DNA from: Microcystis aeruginosa NIES-843
GTDB lineage: Bacteria; Cyanobacteriota; Cyanobacteriia; Cyanobacteriales; Microcystaceae
Length of the DNA: 32,000 nt
Direction of reading: 5' to 3'
Assembly (NCBI RefSeq): GCF_000010625.1
Contig: NC_010296.1
Coordinates: 5,460,001 to 5,492,000 of the forward strand
This document shows, piece by piece, positions 9,237-18,001 of the stretch. Both the position numbers and the translations under genes were made by a program. How positions within the stretch are numbered: the stretch's first letter is position 1; the number at the start of each line of letters is the position of its first letter. The notes under the pieces were generated by a model. The model searched no databases. It was not told where the DNA came from and worked only from the letters and a program-made list of their open reading frames with translations.

Positions 9237-9965
9237 TTGATTTTAGAACTACAGCAAGTAAATTTAGCTATCCGACGCGGCAGTGCTTATCTGTTAGAAG
9301 ATATTACTTTTGGCATCAAGCAAGGAGAAAAGTTAGCTATTGTCGGAGCATCTGGGGCAGGAAAAACGACTCTTTTGCGATTGTTAAATCGTTTGCAAGA
9401 ACCAAGCACGGGAAATATTTATTTTCAAGGTAAATCGATTAAGGAAATACCGGTTATTTCCCTGCGACAACAGATAGTTTTATTGCCACAAGAGTCGAAA
9501 TTATTAGGGATGACTGTTCGAGATGCTCTCGCTTATCCTTTGCAATTGAAAAAATTTACTCCTGCGGAAATTAATCAGAGAATTGACCATTGGACATCCC
9601 TATTAAAAATTCCTCAACAGTGGTTTGAGCGCGGGGAGCTAGAATTATCTTTAGGACAAAGACAATTAGTGGCAATTACCAGAGCCTTGCTGTTAGAACC
9701 GAGCATACTGTTATTAGATGAACCCACCTCTGCTTTAGATACAGGCACGGCCACCAGGTTATTAGAAGTATTAAACAATCAAAGTTCAATGACGATAATT
9801 ATGGTCAATCATCAACTAGATTTTTTAGGGGAATTTGCCGAGAGAGTTATTTATCTAGAAGCGGGAAAAATTGGTTCAGATTGCCTCGCCCATCAATTAG
9901 ATTGGTTAGGGCTAAAAACTCAGTTAATTGATTTAGAAAAGTCTCGACAAAGTGACCACTGGTAA
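9237..9965 (+). CDS. ABC transporter ATP-binding protein (stand-alone, no adjacent permease)
   Basis: Walker A GASGAGKTT, signature-like LSLGQRQ and Walker B ILLLDEPTS are present. The start is a TTG in the ORF track, so the exact start is uncertain. Confidence 0.85.
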   Translation: MILELQQVNLAIRRGSAYLLEDITFGIKQGEKLAIVGASGAGKTTLLRLLNRLQEPSTGNIYFQGKSIKEIPVISLRQQIVLLPQESKLLGMTVRDALAYPLQLKKFTPAEINQRIDHWTSLLKIPQQWFERGELELSLGQRQLVAITRALLLEPSILLLDEPTSALDTGTATRLLEVLNNQSSMTIIMVNHQLDFLGEFAERVIYLEAGKIGSDCLAHQLDWLGLKTQLIDLEKSRQSDHW

Positions 9966-9967
9966 GA

Positions 9968-10738
9968 TTAACTTAAAATTGCTGCGCCCTCCTGAAAAAC
10001 TAATAATTCTCCTGAATTAATCGTTGTCCAAACTTCATTATCAGTTAAGGGAGTAGTGGCAATAATTGCTACTTGATCGCCCGGACGAGCTAAAGCTTGA
10101 AAATCAACGCTAACATCTTCATCAATTAAATGAGCGGCGGCAAAAGGATACTGACGGATTATATAGCTTAATTTAGTTGAACAATAGGCAAAAAAATGTT
10201 CACCATCGGATAAAAGATAATTAAAAATACCTTGACAAGCGATAGAGTTTGTGATAGTTTTTAGGACTTGATAAAGTTGTTCTAGGGAAGGTTTGCCCTG
10301 GGGAAAAGTCTCTCGCAGGGTATTAAGAATTAAACAGAAAGCTTTTTCCGAATCCGTCTCCCCAACCGGTTGATAAAAATCTCCCGCAGCCGGTGAGAAA
10401 TTTTCTAAATTACCATTATGGGCAAAAACCCAATATTTCCCCCACAATTCCCGCCGAAAAGGATGACAGTTTTCTAGTTTAATTTCTCCTTGGGTGGCTT
10501 TGCGAATATGGGCGATAACATTGGTAGAATGGATGGGATAGTTTTTAATTAATTCCGCAATCGGAGAAGCGATCGAGGGTTTAACATCAATAAAAGTTCG
10601 ACAACCTAAACCTTCAAAAAAAGCGATTCCCCAACCGTCTCGATGTTCGTCGGTTTTTCCTCCCCGCGCACAAAATCCTTCAAAGGAAAAACAGATATCC
10701 GTGGGGACATTACAATTCATGCCTAGAAGTTGACACAT
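9968..10738 (-). CDS. Class II (Ntn-type) glutamine amidotransferase, YafJ-like
   Basis: MCQLLGMNCNVPTDICFSF..GG....HRDGWGIAF matches this family. I moved the start to the Met directly preceding Cys (10738), because Ntn amidotransferases need an N-terminal Cys after Met removal. The ORF track starts 11 codons upstream, at 10771. Confidence 0.8.
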   Translation of the reverse strand: MCQLLGMNCNVPTDICFSFEGFCARGGKTDEHRDGWGIAFFEGLGCRTFIDVKPSIASPIAELIKNYPIHSTNVIAHIRKATQGEIKLENCHPFRRELWGKYWVFAHNGNLENFSPAAGDFYQPVGETDSEKAFCLILNTLRETFPQGKPSLEQLYQVLKTITNSIACQGIFNYLLSDGEHFFAYCSTKLSYIIRQYPFAAAHLIDEDVSVDFQALARPGDQVAIIATTPLTDNEVWTTINSGELLVFQEGAAILS

Positions 10739-10867
10739 AGTTGCTTGAGTTTGAATATCAGATGCCAGCAAAATTACTTACTGCCAGCAGCCGTGACAGG
10801 AGACAGGAGAATTTTTTCCAGCTGCCTCTTGCCTATCCTAGCTAAGAAATTAATCTGGCACTAAGTA

Positions 10868-10989
10868 GGTAGGTGTTAAAAACTGTCAGACACCCCCCTT
10901 ATCAAGGCTGACAGGGGGGATCAAACCCCCTCAAGGTAAGGTTGATTGTCGGTAGGTGTTAAAAACTGTCAGACACCCCCCTTATCAAG
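10868..10989 (+). repeat. Two direct copies of the 39-bp unit GGTAGGTGTTAAAAACTGTCAGACACCCCCCTTATCAAG
   Basis: Exact copies at 10868-10906 and 10951-10989. A diverged third copy is at 14672-14716. The second copy is the insertion target of the IS4 element. Confidence 0.9.
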
Positions 10990-12576
10990 CTATCCATTAG
11001 TCGGATCTTTCTTAACAAAAAGAGAAGAAACTTAAAAAAAGGGGAAACGATTGATAGGTATAGTTTTGAAAGAAGGAATTAAGGTGGAGGTAAGCAAAAA
11101 AATGGAGAAATGGGCAGCCCAAGAATTACAGTATGCAGACCTAGGGGACACCAGAAGAAAGAAAAGGTTAATCAGTATCGTGGAAAACTTGGCCAGTCAA
11201 CCTAGTACAAGTGTGCCACAAGCTTCAGGAAATCTAGCCGCAGCGAGTGCCACCTACGACTTTTGGAATTCCCCCTATTTTCACCCCTCAGATATAATTG
11301 CCGCCCAGGCCAAAAGTACAGTAGAAAGAATCAAAGAACATCCAATAGTTTTGGCAGTGCAAGACACAACAAGTTTAGACTTTACGACGCAAAAAGCCAA
11401 AAAAGGCATGGGTTATCTAGATTATAAAAAATCCTTTGGTCTCAAAGTTCATACCACCTTAGGAGTGTCCCCAGTCGGAATACCTTTAGGACTGATTAAT
11501 CAATATGTCTGGGCAAGAGAAGAAAAGAATTTAGGGATTGCCAAGCAACGCAAAAAAAGAGAAACCCAAGAAAAAGAAAGTCAAAGATGGTTAGATTCTT
11601 TGTCAGAAACACAACAACAGATACCCGAAGATATTCAAGTAGTAACAATCGGAGATTGTGAGGCAGACATATTTGATTTATTTGCCCAATCAAGAAGTCC
11701 TAACTCTCATTTATTAATTCGAGGAACTCATAACCGAAAAGTTAACTATCTCGAAGACAAGCAAAGGTCAGGGCATTCAGAGCCTAAATATTTACATCAA
11801 TCCATCAGAGAAATAAAAGCCTGTGGGACCTTAGATGTGCAAGTAAAACGCAATCCTAATCACGAGGCTAGACTAGCTAAACTAACAGTTAGATTTGCCA
11901 GTTTTGAAATACAAGTACCTAGCCATCACTCCAAGGCGACCCCTCGTCAACCGGTCAAATTACAGGTAATTTTAGCTGAAGAAGAAAATCCGCATAGCGG
12001 AGTTAATCCTATCAGTTGGCTGCTCTTAACTAGCCTAGACATTAGTAGCTTTGAATCAGCGATAACCTGTGTGCGCTGGTATAGTTATCGCTGGTTAATA
12101 GAACGCTATCATTTTGTTTTAAAAAGTGGTTGTGGATTAGAAAAACTGCAATTAGAAACGGGTAGGAGAATTGAGATGGCCTTAGCTACCTATTCAATTG
12201 TAGCTTGGAGATTACTTTGGTTAACCTATCAAGCACGCTTACACGGAGAGGAGAGTTGTGAAAGTTTTTTGGAAGAACATGAATGGCAATCTTTGTGTGC
12301 CACTATTCATAAAAAGAGTCCGCCACCTGAAAAGCCGCCCTCCTTTCGAGAAGCGGTCAGAATGATTGCTTCTCTTGGGGGGTTTTTAGGTAGAAAAGGT
12401 GACGGTGAACCTGGTGTTAAAACTATTTGGTTGGGACTGCGAAGGTTACATGATATCAGCCAGACTTGGAAACTATCTCATCAAATTAGTCCCCCTATAG
12501 AACCCCCTTGAGCCATCTGGCACACTTTTCTCTTTTTGTCAAATTTTATGTTAAGAAAGATGTGACTAATGGATAG
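10990..12576 (+). mobile_element. IS4-family (IS50/Tn5-like) insertion sequence, 1587 bp
   Basis: The terminal inverted repeats are CTATCCATTAGTC(GG/AC)ATCTTTCTTAACA (10990-11017, and the reverse complement ending at 12576). It is flanked by TTATCAAG at 10982-10989 and 12577-12584. Confidence 0.85.
11102..12511 (+). CDS. IS4-family transposase, Tn5-Tnp-like (469 aa from the ATG at 11102)
   Basis: Motifs are colinear with Tn5 transposase: LGDTRRKKRL, VQDTTSLDF (D), IGDCEADIFDL (D), WLLLTS, YSYRWLIERYHFVLKSGCGLEKLQ (YREK, E) and LGGFLGRKGDGEPG. GGAGG lies upstream of the ATG at 11102. The ORF track starts at a TTG at 11051. Confidence 0.85.
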   Translation: MEKWAAQELQYADLGDTRRKKRLISIVENLASQPSTSVPQASGNLAAASATYDFWNSPYFHPSDIIAAQAKSTVERIKEHPIVLAVQDTTSLDFTTQKAKKGMGYLDYKKSFGLKVHTTLGVSPVGIPLGLINQYVWAREEKNLGIAKQRKKRETQEKESQRWLDSLSETQQQIPEDIQVVTIGDCEADIFDLFAQSRSPNSHLLIRGTHNRKVNYLEDKQRSGHSEPKYLHQSIREIKACGTLDVQVKRNPNHEARLAKLTVRFASFEIQVPSHHSKATPRQPVKLQVILAEEENPHSGVNPISWLLLTSLDISSFESAITCVRWYSYRWLIERYHFVLKSGCGLEKLQLETGRRIEMALATYSIVAWRLLWLTYQARLHGEESCESFLEEHEWQSLCATIHKKSPPPEKPPSFREAVRMIASLGGFLGRKGDGEPGVKTIWLGLRRLHDISQTWKLSHQISPPIEPP

Positions 12577-12890
12577 TTATCAAGGGAGGCAGGGGGGATC
12601 AAACCCCCCTTATCAAGGGATTAAGGGGGGAGCCATCTTCAATTTAATTATAACCAGCTAATTAAATCAACTTTTGAAAGAAAAAAGGGCAAAAAATCAG
12701 ATTTATAGCGATAAAATAACTATTTTTTTGCTTAAAAGTCCATTTATTTGCTGTTATTGCCTTTTATCTCCCTGCATCCCTGTTTTAACTCCCATGAATC
12801 CCAACTGGGCGATCGAGATTAATTTTTTGGACTGCTTATTGGATAGAATAGGAAGTTAGGCCATGTAATCAAATCTGTATCCTTAAGGCT

Positions 12891-14000
12891 ATGACAACTA
12901 TTTCTCGATCGATCCCCCAATCACCCACTAAATCCTCGTCTATCGGCGGCTGGCGCGGTTTGATCGAAGAATATCGCCAATTTCTGCCCGTAAGCAGTAA
13001 CACCCCTGTAATTACCCTCCTAGAAGGCAATACACCCCTGATCCCCGCCCCCTATCTCTCAGCACAAATCGGGCGCGATGTCAAGGTTTTTGTCAAATAT
13101 GATGGTTTAAATCCCACCGGCAGCTTTAAAGACCGGGGCATGACCATGGCCATCTCGAAAGCTAAGGAAGAAGGGGCAAAAGCGGTGATTTGTGCCAGTA
13201 CCGGCAACACCTCGGCGGCGGCGGCAGCCTATGCAAGAAGAGCCGGGATGCGGGCCTTTGTGATTATCCCCGACGGTTATGTGGCCTTAGGAAAATTAGC
13301 CCAGGCTTTATTGTACGGAGCGGAAGTCATCGCTATTAATGGCAACTTCGATGATGCCCTCAAGATTGTCCGCCAACTATCAGAAAATTATCCCGTAACT
13401 TTAGTCAATTCCGTCAATCCCTACCGTTTAGAGGGTCAAAAAACCGCCGCTTTCGAGATTGTCGATGTCTTGGGTAATGCTCCCGACTGGTTATGTATTC
13501 CCGTGGGTAATGCGGGCAATATTAGCGCCTATTGGATGGGATTCTGTCAGTATCACCAGATAGGCAAATGTGACCGACTGCCGAAGATGATCGGTTTTCA
13601 GGCCGCCGGGGCCGCCCCTTTTATCTCCAAACAACCGGTTGACCATCCCGAAACCCTAGCCACGGCTATCCGTATCGGCAACCCCGCTAACTGGGAAAAA
13701 GCCTGGGCCGCTAGTCACGCTAGTCAAGGGCAATTTCACGCGGTCAGCGATGAGGAAATATTAGCAGCCTATCGGATTTTAGGGGGCCAAGAGGGGGTTT
13801 TCTGTGAACCAGCCAGCGCCGCTTCTGTGGCAGGATTATTAAAAGTGCATCAACAGGTTCCCGATGGGGCCACCGTAGTGTGTGTTTTAACGGGAAATGG
13901 ACTAAAAGACCCAGATTCGGCGGTAAAACACAGCAATAATCAACTAAAATCTGGGATTGCGCCCGAATTAACCCAAGTGGCTCAAATTATGGGCTTCTAA
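12891..14000 (+). CDS. thrC: Threonine synthase
   Basis: The PLP-lysine motif [12 protein letters not shown] and the [13 protein letters not shown] block are present. Length and layout are typical of short-form ThrC. Confidence 0.92.
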   Translation: MTTISRSIPQSPTKSSSIGGWRGLIEEYRQFLPVSSNTPVITLLEGNTPLIPAPYLSAQIGRDVKVFVKYDGLNPTGSFKDRGMTMAISKAKEEGAKAVICASTGNTSAAAAAYARRAGMRAFVIIPDGYVALGKLAQALLYGAEVIAINGNFDDALKIVRQLSENYPVTLVNSVNPYRLEGQKTAAFEIVDVLGNAPDWLCIPVGNAGNISAYWMGFCQYHQIGKCDRLPKMIGFQAAGAAPFISKQPVDHPETLATAIRIGNPANWEKAWAASHASQGQFHAVSDEEILAAYRILGGQEGVFCEPASAASVAGLLKVHQQVPDGATVVCVLTGNGLKDPDSAVKHSNNQLKSGIAPELTQVAQIMGF

Positions 14001-14029
14001 GCTAACGTTAATTCGGTTAAGCAGTGCTT

Positions 14030-14659
14030 CTATAAAACTCCCTTAGAACTGGGAATTATACCAGCGCGACGGGGATCGATCGCTATGGCCATACTCATCG
14101 CCCGGGCAAAAGCTTTAAAAGTAGCCTCAATAATATGATGGGAATTAATCCCGTCTAATTGACGAATATGTAGGGTCATTTGACTGTGATTGACCAAAGC
14201 AACAAAAAATTCCCGCACTAGCTGAGTATCGTAGGTTCCCACTCTTTGGGTAGGAATTTCTAGACCATAACTGAGGTGGGGACGACCGGAAAAATCGAGG
14301 GCAACTTGCACTAAAGCTTCATCGAGAGGGGCGACAAAATGCCCGAAACGGACGATGCCTTTTTTGTCGCCTAAAGCTTGCAGTAAAGCTTGTCCGAGGG
14401 TGATTCCCACGTCTTCATTGGTGTGATGGTCATCAATTTCTATATCTCCGGTGGCGCGCACATCGAGATCGATCGCAGCGTGGGAGGCGATTTGCTGCAA
14501 CATATGATCAAGAAAGGGAATTCCTGTCTGGGCGCGACAATTGCCGCTACCATCAAGATCGATCGTCACCTGTACATCGGTTTCTTTGGTAGTACGACTA
14601 ACCGAGGCGCGACGGCAAGGTGAGACAAAAGAATCGGGTATCTGGGAAGTGGAAATCAT
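14030..14659 (-). CDS. hisB: Imidazoleglycerol-phosphate dehydratase
   Basis: [35 protein letters not shown] and [16 protein letters not shown] are all classical IGPD motifs. Confidence 0.95.
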   Translation of the reverse strand: MISTSQIPDSFVSPCRRASVSRTTKETDVQVTIDLDGSGNCRAQTGIPFLDHMLQQIASHAAIDLDVRATGDIEIDDHHTNEDVGITLGQALLQALGDKKGIVRFGHFVAPLDEALVQVALDFSGRPHLSYGLEIPTQRVGTYDTQLVREFFVALVNHSQMTLHIRQLDGINSHHIIEATFKAFARAMSMAIAIDPRRAGIIPSSKGVL

Positions 14660-14671
14660 TTAAGTAAAAAT

Positions 14672-14770
14672 AAGTAGGTAGCCGTTAAAAATTATCAGAT
14701 GCCCCCCTTATTAAGGGGGGATTAAGGGGGGATCGGCACCCCCCTTATCAAGGGGGCAGGGGGGATCGAA
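14672..14770. repeat. Array of C6/G6 palindromic units preceded by a diverged copy of the GGTAGGTGTTAAAAA... unit
   Basis: The sequence is AAGTAGGTAGCCGTTAAAAATTATCAGATG-CCCCCCTTATTAAGGGGGG-ATTAAGGGGGGATCGGCACCCCCCTTATCAAGGGGGCAGGGGGGATCG. The same unit types occur at 10890-10930 and 12577-12640. Confidence 0.85.
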
Positions 14771-14865
14771 TTATGGACTAGGGAGATGAGAGTTTTTTTC
14801 AGTAATCAGTGAACTTAAAACTCATATCTGATAACTGATAACTGATCACTGAAAAGGCTGATGGA

Positions 14866-16380
14866 CTAACTTTCTGGTTCAGTTTTAGCTTCCGCTGGCG
14901 GACCGGGGGGCAAAGCTTCCTCGCTCAGGGGTTGAGGATTTTGGCTAGTGGGGGGACTAGCGGGGGAACCCTCCGGCTGATTGAGAGCGGGGGTTTGGGG
15001 AGGAGTTTCTGGGGCTTTTTGCTCGATTATCGCTTCTTTGGGCGGTTCTGGCTGGGTTTGGGGTGGATTTGGACCTGTGGTTTCGGGGGGCTTGACGTTA
15101 TCCGGTTGGGGGCTAACGGCGGGTTGCGGCGGTTGATTAGGACGAAGCGGGGTTTCAATTGCCGGCGTTACGGGGGGGGAGTTACGGGTATTGAGGTTGC
15201 TACCCTCCGGTTTTGGGGGATTAGCGATCGCACCTCGGCACACTTCCGGGTTAGGGGCAAAACTGACTCGCACATGATAGCTTCTCGACGCACCACTGGG
15301 ATTATTAAAGCGAGTTAAGCTTACTTCCCTAGCTGCCTGTTGATTGAAAATCGGGAAGCCAGCACTTTTAATCAACTGGGGTTCACTGCTGAGGCGGCCT
15401 TGGGCATCCACCGTCACCCCATAAACCGCCGTCCCCGCCAATTGACGGGAACAAGCCGTAGCGGGATAATTACCGGTCAAATTGACGGTAGTTATGCCTC
15501 TGCTGCCCTGATTGGGCTGATTTAGTTCATTTAAGGCGTTAGGATTAGTTTTTTGGACTCTGGCCAGCCAAGCCAGATTATTTCTCATGGCCTCCTCGTT
15601 ACTGGTATTGCTTTTGTCCGCCTCTAGGGAGCGCAAACGTTCCCGCATTTCCCACATTAATTGTTGACGACGCTGTTCATCTAGGGGCGATTGACCATTC
15701 GGCTCCGGTGTGCGGGCTAGGGAATTGTTTAATTGTTGCTGCGCCTGTTGCGATGCACTAAGGGGCGAATTTCGCAATCTATCTAAAGTTAGATTATCTT
15801 GGTAGGGATCGAAGTAAGGCGGTATCCGGTTGTTATTAGTCTCCCTAGGCAGATTATCATTATCTGGCAGGGTGGGAACAGCAGGAGGACTGGGTAAACT
15901 GGGGGTAGAAGTGGGAAAATTGCGAGGAATCGGTAATCTACCCAGAGAGGGAATAGATGCCACGGGAGGAGAATAGATATTGACGGAGGGTAAAGAGGAG
16001 AGGGGAGGTAAAGCAGGTAAGGAAGGTAAGGGAGGAAGGGAAGAAACCGAGGGTAAAGGAGGTAAGGTGCTGTTATGGATGCCATCCATGGGGGGGAGAG
16101 GAGGCAAAGAGGAAGAAGACAAATTGGGGTTAGGCAGTTCTGGTAAGCTGGACAGGGAGGAGTCAAGACTGGGAAGACGTGACTGCTCTAGAGAGTTCAA
16201 TTCAATCAGATTGACGTTGCGTAAATCCTTTTTTGGCTCCTGCGCTGGATTATTGAGGAAATTAGGTAAGATAATCGCTAAAATTAGGCCGTGAATACCA
16301 AGAGAAGCGGCGAACGAGAGATTATTAGAGTTAATTAGTTTATTTTCTTCGGTTTCTAGACCAAAATAGGAGGATGTCAT
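14866..16380 (-). CDS. Proline-rich membrane-anchored protein with a TonB-C-terminal-like core (hypothetical)
   Basis: It has an N-terminal TM (LGIHGLILAIILPNF) and long P/S/L-rich tracts. The block VNLTGNYPATACSRQLAGTAVYGVTVDAQGRL...LIKSAGFPIFNQQAAREV..TRF resembles the TonB C-terminal fold. A second Pro-rich tail follows. The function is inferred only. Confidence 0.5.
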   Translation of the reverse strand: MTSSYFGLETEENKLINSNNLSFAASLGIHGLILAIILPNFLNNPAQEPKKDLRNVNLIELNSLEQSRLPSLDSSLSSLPELPNPNLSSSSLPPLPPMDGIHNSTLPPLPSVSSLPPLPSLPALPPLSSLPSVNIYSPPVASIPSLGRLPIPRNFPTSTPSLPSPPAVPTLPDNDNLPRETNNNRIPPYFDPYQDNLTLDRLRNSPLSASQQAQQQLNNSLARTPEPNGQSPLDEQRRQQLMWEMRERLRSLEADKSNTSNEEAMRNNLAWLARVQKTNPNALNELNQPNQGSRGITTVNLTGNYPATACSRQLAGTAVYGVTVDAQGRLSSEPQLIKSAGFPIFNQQAAREVSLTRFNNPSGASRSYHVRVSFAPNPEVCRGAIANPPKPEGSNLNTRNSPPVTPAIETPLRPNQPPQPAVSPQPDNVKPPETTGPNPPQTQPEPPKEAIIEQKAPETPPQTPALNQPEGSPASPPTSQNPQPLSEEALPPGPPAEAKTEPES

Positions 16381-16482
16381 AATCTAGTTAATTGAGCAGA
16401 GCCTGGAGGGGGAAAGTTAACTCTATTCTAATCGTCAGGGCGATTTTTTTTCTTGAGGGCGGGGAATTAATTGGTGTCAGTA

Positions 16483-16548
16483 CCCCACCACCCCACACCC
16501 CACACCCCACACCCTGCCACCACCGAAAAACTTTTTCAGCCAACCCTA
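16483..16548 (-). repeat. CCCCACA heptamer run plus 42-nt dispersed motif, copy B; it begins with the TAG stop codon of the 227-aa ORF
   Basis: The plus strand reads CCCCACCA CCCCACA CCCCACA CCCCACA CCCTGCC... The minus strand of 16507-16548 reads TAGGGTTGGCTGAAAAAGTTTTTCGGTGGTGGCAGGGTGTGG. Confidence 0.7.
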
Positions 16549-17229
16549 CTTATGCGGTGAGCGGGCCACAGCTTTTAATTTGGGATACAATTCCGAAGGG
16601 TCTAACAAAGGGATAAACTCATCGATTGCCGGTTTAAAATTAGCCGGAAAATTCTCCCTAGTTCCAGGACTGTTAGGCGATTTAGGCACTGATTCTAATT
16701 CAGGGAATTTGGGCGTTTCCGGGGTTAACTGCGAGAATAATTCCTCCACATTACTCATCCCTTTGCGAGGATCATTAAAAAGAGAAGTTTCTAAGTTGAG
16801 TAAAGAATCTTTACTCGTGGCTACTGTGCCATTATTATCGGTTTTTCCCGCTTCTGGCTCTGGACAGGGCTGCTCAAGGGTGGGAGAAGGTATATTGATC
16901 TGTTCCCGTTTAGGGATAACTGCTGGTTTTTTGCCATCTAACTGGGAATCTAGCAAGTTTTTACAAACCAAGCGCTCGAATTCCCCCGTAAAATGAAAGG
17001 TAGGATGGCCGCGACGGTGCCAAATTTTGAGGATTTCCTCCACCGAAATGACTTTGTAACGTCCCTGATAGAGTGCCTCTAAAATCGCCATGCGAATCCA
17101 ATTTAGCGAATAGATGGGCAACCAGCGCTCGATTAATTCTTGCGCTTTATATCCTCTCATTTCAAATCGATATTGGTTGAGTATAGTCGCTATCTGCATG
17201 AGGTTGATCTCTGGGCTAATCTCTGCCAT
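16546..17229 (-). CDS. Hypothetical protein (227 aa)
   Basis: A long ORF on the same strand as, and immediately upstream of, the Pro-rich gene. The N-terminal WLPIYSLNWIRMAILEALYQGRYKVISVEEILKIWHRRG is faintly DnaD-like (YxxxIxxxW), but I cannot assign a family. Confidence 0.5.
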   Translation of the reverse strand: MAEISPEINLMQIATILNQYRFEMRGYKAQELIERWLPIYSLNWIRMAILEALYQGRYKVISVEEILKIWHRRGHPTFHFTGEFERLVCKNLLDSQLDGKKPAVIPKREQINIPSPTLEQPCPEPEAGKTDNNGTVATSKDSLLNLETSLFNDPRKGMSNVEELFSQLTPETPKFPELESVPKSPNSPGTRENFPANFKPAIDEFIPLLDPSELYPKLKAVARSPHK

Positions 17230-17670
17230 AGAATTTACAAAAACAGTGAGCGCAATCGTTACGGCTACTAGGCACTCTATATATTAAGATTCTATTCAGG
17301 TTTTTCCTAGTGGTTTTTCCCTATTCTCCCCACACTTAACCCATTCGGCACATCTTCGCTCAAGGTCAGTTGACTCCCTACGTTCGGGTTCGCTTTCGGT
17401 GGCAATTTTTCCCCCGCTAACTCCTGCGCAGTTTAACGGCAGTCCTCTGGCGACCTTAAGATAGTTTTTGTTTTTCCCTTGACTATGGTGGCCAAGCATA
17501 CACCTCTTTGCTACCACAATCTGAGTAATTTGTCAATAAAAAAGCAAAATTTCCTCAATAAACCCAGAGGAGATAGAACTATAGCACTACCCTGACAGCC
17601 CAGAACCTTGCCGTTGACTGAATACCCGATCGAGTTTTTCTGAGTCTCCAGAAATTTTTTGTTAAAATTT

Positions 17671-17708
17671 GCAACATAACTTAACAATGTGTTACACTTC
17701 TTAACATA
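17671..17708 (+). promoter_or_regulatory. HLR1-like (RpaB-box) array: four 8-nt half-sites phased at 10 bp upstream of the hli gene
   Basis: The half-sites are GCAACATA ac TTAACAAT gt GTTACACT tc TTAACATA, compared with the HLR1 consensus (G/T)TTACA(T/A)(T/A)-N2-repeat. The two 3' units have one mismatch each. The array ends 22 nt before the ATG at 17731. Confidence 0.5.
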
Positions 17709-17730
17709 ATCATCCAAAAGGAGCCTCCCC

Positions 17731-17943
17731 ATGACTGCCCGCGGCTACACCACCGAAGAACAAGGAAGACTGAATAATTTTGCTGTCGAACCGAAAATGT
17801 ACGTTGATAGTTCTAGCAGTCTCGGTTTTACCAAAAACGCTGAAAAATTGAATGGCAGACTGGCCATGATTGGCTTTGTCTCTCTTTTAGCCATTGAATT
17901 GTTAACCGGTAAAGGAATTATTGCTTGGATTACCAGTCTCTAA
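17731..17943 (+). CDS. High-light-inducible protein (Hlip / one-helix CAB-like protein), 70 aa
   Basis: [16 protein letters not shown]...[28 protein letters not shown] is the Hlip chlorophyll-binding helix motif (E..NGR.AM.GF). AAGGAG lies upstream. Confidence 0.92.
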   Translation: MTARGYTTEEQGRLNNFAVEPKMYVDSSSSLGFTKNAEKLNGRLAMIGFVSLLAIELLTGKGIIAWITSL

Positions 17944-17969
17944 GAATTAACAATCCCGTTGCGTTGTTC

Positions 17970-17997
17970 GGGGAGTTCAGTCCCCGTCCAGACGGGG
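17970..17997. terminator. Overlapping GC hairpins between the convergent hli and dapF genes (possible bidirectional terminator)
   Basis: The hairpins are CGGGGA-gttcag-TCCCCG (17970-17987) and CCCCGT-ccag-ACGGGG (17982-17997). The flanking U-tracts are weak. Confidence 0.4.
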
Positions 17998-18001
17998 TGG
18001 T

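Noticed and set aside
10868-10989. Possible mini-CRISPR (two identical 39-bp repeats spaced 83 bp apart)
   Set aside because: There are only two copies, and the spacer itself consists of the same palindromic module family. The repeat recurs diverged at 14672 in a non-array context, and there are no cas genes. I interpret it as dispersed REP/MITE-like units.
12674-12859. 61-aa ORF upstream of thrC
   Set aside because: It is AT-rich with a Cys- and Leu-rich odd composition and no RBS. It sits in the thrC promoter region next to repeat modules.
14821-14858. Imperfect 14-bp inverted repeat TTTCAGTAATCAGT / ACTGATCACTGAAA with a CTGATAA tandem in the loop, considered as the terminator of the Pro-rich gene
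   Set aside because: The loop of about 30 nt is too long and there is no U-tract on the relevant strand. I noted it only as part of the repeat-rich spacer.
14390-16996. Shadow ORFs (14390-14623, 14932-15318, 15340-15525, 15789-16166, 15980-16294, 16392-16616, 16580-16996)
   Set aside because: All are antisense or alternate frames of hisB, the Pro-rich gene or the 227-aa gene. Their G/R/P-rich low-complexity content is as expected opposite Pro-rich coding sequence.
17326-17335. CTCCCCACAC resembling the Yfr1 sRNA core (ACUCCUCACAC)
   Set aside because: There is one core mismatch, and neither the flanking 5' stem-loop nor a 3' terminator hairpin is present.
17296-17732. Two 73-aa minus-strand ORFs in the hli upstream spacer
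   Set aside because: They have no RBS and odd composition. They run head-to-tail across a promoter region, and the second overlaps the HLR1-like array and the hli start.
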